Positions 8,938-17,512 of a stretch of 57,680 nucleotides of DNA are shown here, piece by piece. Origin of the DNA: an uncultured Akkermansia sp. (GTDB taxonomy: Bacteria > Verrucomicrobiota > Verrucomicrobiia > Methylacidiphilales > Verrucolacustridaceae); assembly GCA_964655385.1 (NCBI GenBank), contig CAZZMY010000001.1:1-57680 (forward strand). Reading direction: 5' to 3'. Numbering within the stretch: the first letter of the stretch is position 1; each line of letters opens with the position of its first letter. The notes below the pieces were generated by a model, which saw only the letters and a program-made list of their open reading frames with translations, did not search any database and was not told the origin of the DNA. A program made the translations under genes and the position numbers.

Positions 8938-10922
8938 GCCTGTCCGCCCCCCAACGCTACGCCCGCCTTCTCGAGGAGGTGCGTCGGCATGACCGGCTTT
9001 ATTATATCGAGGCCCAGCCGGAAATTTCCGATGCCGCTTACGACCGCCTCTACCGGGAACTGGTCGACCTCGAAAAAGCTCACCCCGAACTGATCGATGA
9101 AAATTCCCCCACCCGAAAAGTGGGCGGCACGCCCCTCGACTCTTTCCGCACGGTTGCCCACGCCGTTCCCATGCAGAGCCTCAACAACACCTACAGCGAG
9201 GGGGAACTGGAGGAGTTCCTCGCCCGGGTGGAAAAAAACCTGCACGGCCAAAGCGCCGAATTCGCCATCGAGCCAAAAGTGGACGGAGTGGCCGTGAGTG
9301 TCCGCTATGAAAAAGGCCGACTGGTTCAAGGCCTGACCCGGGGTGACGGGGAAAAGGGCGATGACATCACGGAAAACCTGAAAACCGTCCGCACCCTTCC
9401 CCTTTCCGTCCCCGGCCTGCCGGCGGTCATCGAGTTTCGAGGGGAAGTTTATCTGCCACAGGCCGCTTTTGATTCCATGAACCGGGCGCGGGAGAAGAAG
9501 GGGGAGGCGCTTTTCGCCAATCCCCGCAATGCCGCGGCGGGAACCCTCAAGCTCCTCGATTCGCGGGAAGTGGCCCAACGCCCGTTGGCGGTCGTTTTTT
9601 ACGGGCTCGGGGAAACCTCAGGCTCGAAATTGGTTAACCAGATCGACCTTCATCAACAGATTCTGGCGTGGGGCCTGCCCGGCCACAGTTGGTTCCGTCA
9701 TGTCCGCGGATCCCGCGAGGTTCTGCAGGCGGTTCGTGAGCTCGACCAAGCCCGCGCCAAGTTTCCCTTTGCCACCGATGGCGCCGTCATCAAGGTCAAC
9801 CGGTTCGATCAGCAAAAAGTCCTCGGCTCCACCGAGAAGGCCCCACGCTGGGCCATTGCCTACAAATACGCCCCGGAACAGGCCGAGACCCGCTTGCACG
9901 CCGTTACCTTTCAGGTCGGCCGCACGGGAGTCATCACGCCAGTGGCAGAGCTGGAGCCGGTGCAACTCAGCGGCACCACGGTCTCCCGAGCCACCTTGCA
10001 CAACTTCGAGGAAATCGCCCGCAAGGACATCCGAGTGGGAGACTGGGTGACGGTGGAAAAAGCCGGGGAAATCATCCCGGCGGTCATTTCCGTGAACCTG
10101 AAGAAGCGACCCAAAAACTCCCGTCCCATTCCGATCCCCACCCACTGCCCCGTTTGCCAGGGCCCCCTGGTCAAGGAGGAGGTTTTCCTCCGGTGCTGTT
10201 CCCGGGATTGCGTGGGTCAGCTCAAACGTCGCCTACAGCACTTTGCCCACCGCGGAGCCATGGATATCGAGGGCATGGGGGAGGCCATGGTCGGGCAGCT
10301 CATCGATGCGGGATTGGTGCAACACCTCGAACAGATCTACGACCTAACCCAGGTGGAGCTGGAAAAGCTCGAGCGAATGGGAGAAAAGTCCGCCGCCAAT
10401 CTGGTGGAGGGAATCGCTGCCAGCAAGAAACGCACTTTGGGCCGGTTGATTTTCGCCCTCGGCATCCCCCAGGTGGGGGCCGTCCTGTCGGAGGCTCTGG
10501 CCCGCCACTTCCATTCCCTGGAAACTCTTTCCAAGGCAAACGTCGCCGACTTGGTCCAAGTAAAGGACGTGGGGGAAAAGGTGGCGGAAGAGATAGTGGC
10601 CTTTTTTGCAGAGGCCTCCACCAAGCGACTCCTCCAATCCTTGAAAAAGGCCGGCCTCAACTTCCATGCTCTCCCCGGGGAGCTGGAGGTCCGGGGCGGT
10701 GTCTTTTCGGGTAAGAAATTCGTCATCACCGGAACCCTGAGCCAGCCGCGGGAGGAATTTATCCGCCGAATCCAATCGCAGGGAGGTTCGGTGGCCGGAT
10801 CCGTCAGCGCCAAGACGGATTTTGTTTTGGCGGGGGAAGAGGCCGGCTCCAAACTGGAGAAAGCCCGCGCCCTGGGAGTGCGAGTTATTTCCGAAAAAGA
10901 GTTCGAAAAGCTTGTCGGGTAG
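8934..10922 (+). CDS. ligA: NAD-dependent DNA ligase
   Basis: KVDG adenylation motif, TRGDG, ANPRNAAAG, PRWAIAYK, C4 zinc finger, HhH repeats, C-terminal BRCT. Confidence 0.99.
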   Translation: MSLSAPQRYARLLEEVRRHDRLYYIEAQPEISDAAYDRLYRELVDLEKAHPELIDENSPTRKVGGTPLDSFRTVAHAVPMQSLNNTYSEGELEEFLARVEKNLHGQSAEFAIEPKVDGVAVSVRYEKGRLVQGLTRGDGEKGDDITENLKTVRTLPLSVPGLPAVIEFRGEVYLPQAAFDSMNRAREKKGEALFANPRNAAAGTLKLLDSREVAQRPLAVVFYGLGETSGSKLVNQIDLHQQILAWGLPGHSWFRHVRGSREVLQAVRELDQARAKFPFATDGAVIKVNRFDQQKVLGSTEKAPRWAIAYKYAPEQAETRLHAVTFQVGRTGVITPVAELEPVQLSGTTVSRATLHNFEEIARKDIRVGDWVTVEKAGEIIPAVISVNLKKRPKNSRPIPIPTHCPVCQGPLVKEEVFLRCCSRDCVGQLKRRLQHFAHRGAMDIEGMGEAMVGQLIDAGLVQHLEQIYDLTQVELEKLERMGEKSAANLVEGIAASKKRTLGRLIFALGIPQVGAVLSEALARHFHSLETLSKANVADLVQVKDVGEKVAEEIVAFFAEASTKRLLQSLKKAGLNFHALPGELEVRGGVFSGKKFVITGTLSQPREEFIRRIQSQGGSVAGSVSAKTDFVLAGEEAGSKLEKARALGVRVISEKEFEKLVG

Positions 10923-10947
10923 ATTTCCCGGGGGCGATAATCCTTCT

Positions 10948-11499
10948 GTGCCCAAGCTTTCCCTTTCCCACCTTTTGCCGGCTCTCTGGCTGGCATTGCT
11001 CTCCCCACTTCCGGCGCAATCCGGCAATCCGGCCGCCGCCGAGGACGCGGAGATCGAGCGACGGAAAATCCTTAAGGCCGCTGATCAGGTGGAGCGGATG
11101 GATCAGGAGTTTGAAAAAATCCAAAGCCGGGTCTCCTCTCTGGAGCAGTTGTTGGAAGAAATCAAACAGCAGTCCCAGTCCCTGAAGGAAAGCCTGGCCA
11201 ACGCTTCGGCCAAAGCTGCGCAGGACCGGTCCGCCCTTTTGGACGAAGTCTCCAAGATGCTGGCGGAGCGGAAGGAAAAGGAGAAAGCCAAAGAGAAGAC
11301 TCCTGCGGCCTCCACCCCAAAAGCCACCGAGGGGTACGAACACGTCGTGGCCAAAGGCGATACCCTTAGCTCGATTGTTCAGGCCTATAACGAGGAGCAT
11401 AAACTCAAGCTAACCGTCGACTCGGTCCGCAAAGCCAACCAGCTGGGCAAGGACTCGACCCTCAAAGTCGGGCAGAAGCTCATCATCCCTGCAAACTAA
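10948..11499 (+). CDS. LysM peptidoglycan-binding protein with coiled coil
   Basis: GTG start, signal peptide, coiled coil, C-terminal HVVAKGDTLSSI...LKVGQKLIIP LysM domain. Confidence 0.88.
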   Translation: MPKLSLSHLLPALWLALLSPLPAQSGNPAAAEDAEIERRKILKAADQVERMDQEFEKIQSRVSSLEQLLEEIKQQSQSLKESLANASAKAAQDRSALLDEVSKMLAERKEKEKAKEKTPAASTPKATEGYEHVVAKGDTLSSIVQAYNEEHKLKLTVDSVRKANQLGKDSTLKVGQKLIIPAN

Positions 11500-11505
11500 C
11501 TTCCT

Positions 11506-12069
11506 GTGACCACTCCCGCCTCCCTCTACCGTTTGCAAAAACAGCAGACGGGCCGAATTTTGGGACCCATGGATCTGGATCATCTAAAAGCTTTGGGCAA
11601 CCAGTCCCTCATCGCCCCGGATGATCTGATTCAGGTGGACGAGGGCCCTTGGGTCAAAGCTCCCGAGGTCGGGGCCTTGGAGATGATCTGGTGGGTGGAG
11701 CCGCTGGACGGGCCCCGATATGGACCGACGACAGCCGGAACGATTGCGGAGTTTTTACAAAGCGGCCAGCTGGGAGGCTCCGAATTGGTCACCCACAGCC
11801 GGACGAAAGAGACCTACACCGTCACCGAGTTTCTCGAGGAAATCAGCCGCCGCCGGGCCGCCCGCCTGAAGAGCCGAACCATCAAACTGGAGGAGGCCCC
11901 TGAGCAAACGGAAGCGACCGCCGAGAGCCCCGCCTTTGATGCCGCTTTGCGCTTGCGGATCAAACAGCTTGAGACCGATTTAGCCAATGCCGTGCAGCAG
12001 CTGGATCAGCAGTCCCACGAGCTGGCCCGGTTGCGTGGCCTCCTAGGCAAATCCGGCCTTTCGGTTTGA
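11506..12069 (+). CDS. Hypothetical protein with two GYF_2-like repeats and a C-terminal coiled coil
   Basis: GRILGPMDLDHLKAL...IAPDDLI...W and GPRYGPTTAGTIAEFLQSGQL...V resemble the GYF_2 pattern GP-x-x-x-x-x-L. Confidence 0.6.
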   Translation: MTTPASLYRLQKQQTGRILGPMDLDHLKALGNQSLIAPDDLIQVDEGPWVKAPEVGALEMIWWVEPLDGPRYGPTTAGTIAEFLQSGQLGGSELVTHSRTKETYTVTEFLEEISRRRAARLKSRTIKLEEAPEQTEATAESPAFDAALRLRIKQLETDLANAVQQLDQQSHELARLRGLLGKSGLSV

Positions 12070-12095
12070 CCCCTCATCCGGGTCTCCGCTACTCT
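12066..12095 (+). promoter_or_regulatory. Putative sigma70 promoter for ilvN-ilvC
   Basis: TTGACC (12066-12071), 18 nt, TACTCT (12090-12095), 22 nt before the ilvN ATG. Confidence 0.45.
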
Positions 12096-12117
12096 TTCGT
12101 ACTCAACAGCTTCCCTT

Positions 12118-12591
12118 ATGCGACACACTATTTCCGTTGTTGTTCAGAACCGATTCGGGGTCCTTACCCGGATTGCCGGCCTCTTTAGTGGCCGGGGATT
12201 CAACATCGATACTCTCAACGTCGGCCCCACGCAGAACGACAAGATCTCCCGGATGACCATCGTGGTGGTGGGCAACGATCAGGTTCTCGAACAGGTCGTC
12301 AAACAACTCAACAAGCTCGTCGATGTCCTCGAAGTCCATGATTTCAAGGACGGCGACGTCATCGACCGAGAACTGATCCTGCTCAAGGTGAAGGCCTCTT
12401 CGGCCACCCGACCGGAGGTCATGCAGATCTGTGATATTTTCCGCGCGAAAATCGTGGACGTACAGTCCGCCAGCCTCTCCATCGAGGTGACCGGCGATGA
12501 GAGCAAGATCGACAAGTTCCTCCAACTCATGAAACCCTTCGGCATCCTGGAGCTGAGCCGAACCGGCCGAATCGCCCTCCCCCGCAAATAA
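12118..12591 (+). CDS. ilvN: Acetolactate synthase small (regulatory) subunit
   Basis: HTISVVVQNRFGVLTRIAGLFSGRGFNIDTL, KQLNKLVDV, RELILLKV, ELSRTG. Confidence 0.97.
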   Translation: MRHTISVVVQNRFGVLTRIAGLFSGRGFNIDTLNVGPTQNDKISRMTIVVVGNDQVLEQVVKQLNKLVDVLEVHDFKDGDVIDRELILLKVKASSATRPEVMQICDIFRAKIVDVQSASLSIEVTGDESKIDKFLQLMKPFGILELSRTGRIALPRK

Positions 12592-12633
12592 GTTTCCCCC
12601 CCCCCAACCACCACCCCTAACGGAGAACCCCCC

Positions 12634-13659
12634 ATGCCTGCCCGCATCTATCACGACAAAGACGCCAGTCTCAACCCACTACGCCGACGCAAAGTCGCCG
12701 TGATCGGCTTCGGCTCCCAAGGCCACGCCCACGCCCTCAATCTCAAAAACAGCGGAATCCGGGTGACCATCGGACTCTACAGAGGCAGCAAGTCGATCCC
12801 CGTGGCCAAAAAGCACGGATTCAAGGTTCTCCCCACGGCCGAGGCGGTGCGGGGAGCCGATGTGATTTTCGTCGCTGTGCCCGACTTGAAAATCCCCTCC
12901 GTCTACGAGAAGGACATCGCCCCGAACCTGCGCAAAGGGCAGTGCCTGCTGTTCAGCCACGGATTCGCCATCCACTACAAAACCGTCCGCCCGCCGAAGA
13001 ATGTCGATGTCATCCTGGTGGCCCCCAAGGGCCCGGGTCATATCGTTCGTCGGCAGTACCAGGAAGGCCGGGGTGTTCCGGCTTTATTTGCCGTCCAACA
13101 GAATCCCTCCGGACAGGCACGGGCCATCGCCATGGCCTGGGCCCGGGGAATCGGGGCCACCCGCGCCGGCCTGCTCCAGACCACCTTCAAGGAAGAGACC
13201 GAAACGGATCTCTTCGGTGAACAGGCCGTGCTGTGCGGGGGAACCTCGGCTCTCATCCAAGCGGGCTTTGAAGTTCTCGTGAAAGCCGGGTACCAACCGG
13301 AAGTCGCCTATTTCGAGGTGCTGCACGAACTGAAACTGATCGTGGACTTGATCAACGAGTCCGGGATCGCCGGCATGCGTTTCTCCATCTCCGAAACCGC
13401 CAAGTACGGTGACGTCACCCGTGGCCCCCGCGTGGTGGATGGACGGACGAAAAAGGCCATGCAGTCGGTTCTGCAGGAGATCCGCAACGGGAAATTTGCC
13501 CGAGAATGGGTGAAGGAGAGCCGTACCGGCATGAAACGCTATCATAAGTTGCTCAAGCAGGGCGAAAAGCACCCCATCGAAAAAACGGGTGCCCGCCTCC
13601 GTGGTTTAATGCCCTGGATCCGCCGCCGGAACCTCAAGGGCGCTCAAGCCGCTTACTAA
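12634..13659 (+). CDS. ilvC: Ketol-acid reductoisomerase
   Basis: [46 protein letters not shown]. Confidence 0.99.
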   Translation: MPARIYHDKDASLNPLRRRKVAVIGFGSQGHAHALNLKNSGIRVTIGLYRGSKSIPVAKKHGFKVLPTAEAVRGADVIFVAVPDLKIPSVYEKDIAPNLRKGQCLLFSHGFAIHYKTVRPPKNVDVILVAPKGPGHIVRRQYQEGRGVPALFAVQQNPSGQARAIAMAWARGIGATRAGLLQTTFKEETETDLFGEQAVLCGGTSALIQAGFEVLVKAGYQPEVAYFEVLHELKLIVDLINESGIAGMRFSISETAKYGDVTRGPRVVDGRTKKAMQSVLQEIRNGKFAREWVKESRTGMKRYHKLLKQGEKHPIEKTGARLRGLMPWIRRRNLKGAQAAY

Positions 13660-13688
13660 AGGGCAAGGGGACGACCTCCCCGACAGGG

Positions 13689-13717
13689 GTGCAACTTTCG
13701 CCTTTTCAGGCTAAGCT
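13689..13717 (+). promoter_or_regulatory. Putative leaderless-type sigma70 promoter of leuA
   Basis: GTGCAA, 17 nt, TAAGCT, then 6 nt to the ATG at 13724; no Shine-Dalgarno. Confidence 0.5.
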
Positions 13718-13723
13718 CTTCCC

Positions 13724-15289
13724 ATGCCCAGTGACCGCATTCTGATTTTCGACACGACTCTCCGGGACGGAGAGCAGTGCCCCGGCGCGGCCATGACGCC
13801 CCGCCAAAAACTCGAGGTGGCCCGACAACTGGCCCGGTTGGGGGTGGATATTATCGAAGCAGGCTTCCCGATCGCCAGTCAGGGGGATTTTGATTCCGTT
13901 AAGGAGATCGCCCGGGTGGTTCGCGGTCCGGTCATTTGCGGTTTGGCCCGCTGTGTGCCGGCCGATATCGAGGCGGCCGGTGCGGCGGTAAAGCCCGCCG
14001 GAAAAAAGGGGCGAATCCATGTCTTTTTGGGCACGAGCAAGATTCACCGCGAGTTCAAACTGGGCAAGGCCCGGGATGAAATTCTCCGTCTGGCCGCGGA
14101 CGGTGTGCGCCGGGCCTGCCGGTTCACCTCGAATGTGGAATTTTCTCCGGAGGATGCCTCCCGCACCGAGATCGATTTCCTGGTGGAAGTGGTCCAGACG
14201 GCTATCGAAGCCGGCGCTACCACCATCAATCTCCCCGACACCACCGGTTACGCCACCCCGGAGGAGTACGGCCGGATGTTTGCCGAGGTTATCGCCCGTG
14301 CACGCGGATCGGAGAATGTCGTTTTCAGCACTCATTGCCACAATGATTTGGGCCTGGCCGTGGCCAATTCGCTTTCCGGAGTCCAGTCCGGAGCCCGTCA
14401 GATCGAGTGCACCCTGAACGGCATCGGGGAACGCGCCGGGAACGCAGCCTTGGAGGAGGTCGTCATGGCCCTGCGCACGCGCCAGGATTTTTTCTCCCAC
14501 CTGACCACCGGCATTCAAACCCGGGAGATTGTGCGTTCCTCCCGGCTCGTCTCCGCCGCCTGCAGTTTTCCTGTTCCCCGCAACAAGGCGATCGTCGGAC
14601 TGAATGCGTTTGCGCACAGCTCCGGCATCCATCAGGACGGTATTCTCAAGAAACGGGAGACCTACGAGATCATGGATCCGGAGGAGGTCGGCTGGGGCAA
14701 AACCGAGCTCCCCCTGACGAAGCACAGCGGGCGGGCGGCGGTGGCCTCGCGCTTGAAGCATCTGGGATATTTACTCAAACCTGCCGAGTTACAGGCGGTA
14801 TTCACCCGTTTCAAGGAGATCGGCGACCGAAAGAAATTTGTGTATGACGACGATCTGGTTTCGCTGGTGGGAGCCCAGATCCAGATCGCCCGAGAGACCT
14901 ATGGCCTGGAAAGCCTCCATGTCGCATCCGGCACAGGGGACAAACCCGTCGCTAAAATCGTCCTCAAGCATGGACGCAAGCTGCTCACTGCCACGGGCTC
15001 CGGGGATGGCTCCGTCGATGCGGTGCTCAAAACAATCGATCGGATCACGGGCCTCAAGGGTCATCTCATGGATTACCAAGTCAGGGCCGTCACGGAGGGT
15101 AAAGATGCCGTGGGAGAAGTCAGTCTGAGCGTTCGTTTTGACGCCAAGGGTGAACCGGCGGCCGGCCGAGCCGCGGCCACGGATGTGATTGAATCAAGCG
15201 GCCGAGCTTATCTCGCCGCCACGAACCGCTGGATCGCCGAAGGCGGCCGGGCCTCGAAAAAGACCCGGCGCGCCTTGGGCCATCCTTAA
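13724..15289 (+). CDS. leuA: 2-isopropylmalate synthase
   Basis: FDTTLRDGEQ, HCHNDLGLAVAN, NGIGERAGN, FAHSSGIHQDG, C-terminal regulatory domain. Confidence 0.97.
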   Translation: MPSDRILIFDTTLRDGEQCPGAAMTPRQKLEVARQLARLGVDIIEAGFPIASQGDFDSVKEIARVVRGPVICGLARCVPADIEAAGAAVKPAGKKGRIHVFLGTSKIHREFKLGKARDEILRLAADGVRRACRFTSNVEFSPEDASRTEIDFLVEVVQTAIEAGATTINLPDTTGYATPEEYGRMFAEVIARARGSENVVFSTHCHNDLGLAVANSLSGVQSGARQIECTLNGIGERAGNAALEEVVMALRTRQDFFSHLTTGIQTREIVRSSRLVSAACSFPVPRNKAIVGLNAFAHSSGIHQDGILKKRETYEIMDPEEVGWGKTELPLTKHSGRAAVASRLKHLGYLLKPAELQAVFTRFKEIGDRKKFVYDDDLVSLVGAQIQIARETYGLESLHVASGTGDKPVAKIVLKHGRKLLTATGSGDGSVDAVLKTIDRITGLKGHLMDYQVRAVTEGKDAVGEVSLSVRFDAKGEPAAGRAAATDVIESSGRAYLAATNRWIAEGGRASKKTRRALGHP

Positions 15290-15293
15290 CCGA

Positions 15294-15929
15294 TCAGTCG
15301 TAGCTCGGATTCCGGGGTCCGCTCTCGTAATCAAATTCCGAGGAGCGTTCCGGACGGTCTTCGCGGGGAGGCCGATCCTCCCGACGATCCCGCCGGGGTC
15401 CGCCATCCCTTTCCCCCACCGACTTGGCTCCGTTCACAATGAGCAAACGTCCCATGAAGTCCGTGTCGTGGAGTTTCTTGGCCGCATCCTGCGCGCCTTC
15501 GAGGGTCTGCATCTCGACGAAACCGAAACCTTTCGAGTTGGAGCCCTTGTCGCGCACGACCTCGACATTCTTCACCCCCGCCACCTTGGCGAAGTGATCA
15601 AAGATGTCGCTTTCGGAAGCGTCATAGGAGAGGTTGCCGACGTAGAGCCGCGGGGTGAGCACCTCCATTGGGGGTGCCGAGCGCGGGGGACGGGGAGCCC
15701 GTGGGGCCTCCGAGCGGCCGTTGCGGGGACGGTCAAACGAGGGGGCAGGCTTGGCAGATCCTCCTCCCAATCCGACCAATTTCTTCAAAAACCCCCAGAA
15801 ACCACCGCCTCCCGATTTGGGTTCGCGACGGGGTCCGCCCCGATCGCCACCATAACGGTGGTGACGACGGCGACGGCGTTCGTGGGGCCCGCCTCCCTGG
15901 CGGGATCCGTATCTTGCATTGTGACTCAT
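15294..15929 (-). CDS. RNA-binding protein (single RRM) with Arg/Gly-rich disordered arms
   Basis: RNP2 LYVGNL and RNP1 KGFGFVEM; R/G/P-rich N- and C-terminal extensions; amphipathic segment FWGFLKKLVGL. Confidence 0.92.
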   Translation of the reverse strand: MSHNARYGSRQGGGPHERRRRRHHRYGGDRGGPRREPKSGGGGFWGFLKKLVGLGGGSAKPAPSFDRPRNGRSEAPRAPRPPRSAPPMEVLTPRLYVGNLSYDASESDIFDHFAKVAGVKNVEVVRDKGSNSKGFGFVEMQTLEGAQDAAKKLHDTDFMGRLLIVNGAKSVGERDGGPRRDRREDRPPREDRPERSSEFDYESGPRNPSYD

Positions 15930-15937
15930 GTTTAACT

Positions 15938-16155
15938 GTGCGGCGGGAAGATAGGGCCCGAGCGGACCAATCGGGCGAACAGCGCCCGAGGGACGGAGGG
16001 GGTGGCCGGATCGGCCAATCCTTCAACTCCGTGAGGTTCTTATCGTTCTCTTTGGGTCTGCGAGAAGGGTGGGAGCGCTGAATGGGATCCGGGCAAGATC
16101 TCGGTCGATCACAACCCCCGAATCAGAGCGCTTTTTGCGCAACTTCCCGCCGTAC
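15938..16155 (-). ncRNA. Candidate structured cis-regulatory 5' leader of the RRM gene
   Basis: Closing stem 16143-16155 with 15938-15950 (12/13 complementary) encloses six local hairpins; lies between a promoter match and the ATG. Confidence 0.55.
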
Positions 16156-16171
16156 TCCTTTCAAGAAGAAA

Positions 16172-16200
16172 AGCCTACTTACAAATAAACACCATTGCAA
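16172..16200 (-). promoter_or_regulatory. sigma70-type promoter for the RRM gene
   Basis: Minus strand TTGCAA (16200-16195), 17 nt, TAGGCT (16177-16172), in an AT-rich patch. Confidence 0.6.
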
Positions 16201-16249
16201 GGAAATTGCAAGATGCTGACCTGCAGCGACTTGTAAAGCAGAGGCCGGC

Positions 16250-16738
16250 TTAGGTGCTAGCTTTTGCTTCAAGCATGGGAGCAACGTTCACGTTCCCCCC
16301 GCTAAGATAAAAGCCTGCGCCCGCCTGCTGGGGCAGAAGCATCATGGCCAAGGCCTCTTTCCAGGTACCATCGACCCAATACGGGTTGCCCAGAAAATCA
16401 CCCGTTTGCCCAAACTCCCCATAAAACCAGGTGTAGTTCTCGAGACCCTCGGCAAATCCGCCCTGCTGGGCCACCACGAGGGTTTTTCTCCCATCCACCC
16501 CGTCCTCCGCCTGACAGATCAGCTCTCCTCCGTCCTGCAAAGTCCAACGAACATCCCAGTAGGTGGTGTCGCCTTCGGTCCAAGTGGAGCCATAGGTCCG
16601 AACCATTTGACTGAGCGCCCGCGCAAAGCGATTCCAATCATCCACCGCCCATTCACTGGGCTGGAGAATCTGTTGCACCCGCTGCAGACGGGTCCGCCAT
16701 TCCTGGGTGATACGACGAAGTTCAACGCGGCTGATCAT
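16250..16738 (-). CDS. Hypothetical protein (Trp-rich, soluble)
   Basis: 162-aa ATG ORF starting 7 nt after the stop of the preceding minus-strand gene; globular-looking composition; no family recognised. Confidence 0.7.
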   Translation of the reverse strand: MISRVELRRITQEWRTRLQRVQQILQPSEWAVDDWNRFARALSQMVRTYGSTWTEGDTTYWDVRWTLQDGGELICQAEDGVDGRKTLVVAQQGGFAEGLENYTWFYGEFGQTGDFLGNPYWVDGTWKEALAMMLLPQQAGAGFYLSGGNVNVAPMLEAKAST

Positions 16739-16745
16739 GGGGCGC

Positions 16746-17378
16746 TTAGCGGCGACGGTCGCCCGAATCCCCTTCCAGATTGGAGAGCCGCTGCCGCAGG
16801 ACTCCGATGTCCTTCTCCTGCCGGCTCAACTGCGACTTCGCTTGTTCGAGGAGGGATTGTTGTTTCGCCAGCTGCGCTCCAGCCGACTCCAAACCGCTGG
16901 CCAGCTCGGCATCACGAGCCTGGAGGGAGGCCAACTCCTTATTGATCCTCTGCTCCATCTGGTCCACGGTCACGCTCTGCCTCTGAATCTGTTTCCACAA
17001 AACGTACCCGCCGAAACAGGAAAGCGTCGCACATCCGACGATGATCAGGAGCAGAGCCAGCCCGACCCCGCTGAGAATGGAGCTGACCGCTTTCTGCTCT
17101 TTGCGTTGTCGATCGATGCTCCGTTTGACGTTCAGGGCACTCGGGGTGGATGGGTTCATAGCGGGTTCCTCAGGCTGGGTTTTGGACGATGCGGTGGAGG
17201 TTTGGTAGGTGGGGTAACTGGTGGGTCGTGGTGGCCCCTTAATGACCACCACATCCGGATCCTCTCCCTCCTGCTTGGGGGAAGAAGCGGCCGAACCGAA
17301 GGGTAATTCCGGCTCTCCGGCAGAAGATGTTTGGCTGAAGGTTTCCTTCATGCGTCCTTGCCCCACGGATCTCAGCAT
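16746..17378 (-). CDS. Hypothetical bitopic membrane protein with C-terminal coiled coil
   Basis: Disordered N-terminus, one TM segment (ILSGVGLALLLIIVGCATLSCFGGYVLW), heptad-rich C-terminus; the start could be 17351. Confidence 0.72.
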   Translation of the reverse strand: MLRSVGQGRMKETFSQTSSAGEPELPFGSAASSPKQEGEDPDVVVIKGPPRPTSYPTYQTSTASSKTQPEEPAMNPSTPSALNVKRSIDRQRKEQKAVSSILSGVGLALLLIIVGCATLSCFGGYVLWKQIQRQSVTVDQMEQRINKELASLQARDAELASGLESAGAQLAKQQSLLEQAKSQLSRQEKDIGVLRQRLSNLEGDSGDRRR

Positions 17379-17512
17379 CCATCAGACGCTTGGCGAGCGA
17401 TTCCTAATCCATTTTTTACTTAATAATAAATAAATTCTTGGTTTGTATTCCCTCATCGAAAAAATCTTCACCGAAAACAATTTTTCCCGGAAAAGAGAGC
17501 AGGTCGTTGAAT

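Noticed and set aside
13660-13723. Leucine attenuator or T-box before leuA
   Set aside because: Only 64 bp, with no Leu-codon-rich leader peptide and no terminator; the space is filled by a promoter match.
13706-14761. Long antisense or alternate-frame ORFs (for example 13706..14761, 8742..9578, 19642..20508, 52755..53606)
   Set aside because: They shadow well-supported genes, lack recognisable motifs and are expected in GC-rich DNA with biased third codon positions.
16023-16142. 39-codon uORF (TTG start, minus strand) in the RRM leader after AAAGGAG
   Set aside because: Weak start codon, 12-nt Shine-Dalgarno spacing and no informative peptide features; not supportable without ribosome profiling.
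15938-16155. 6S RNA, SRP RNA or tmRNA identity for the structured region
   Set aside because: The fold is a multibranch of short hairpins rather than a rod with a central bubble; no SRP GGAA-loop helix, no tRNA-like ends and no terminator before the AUG.
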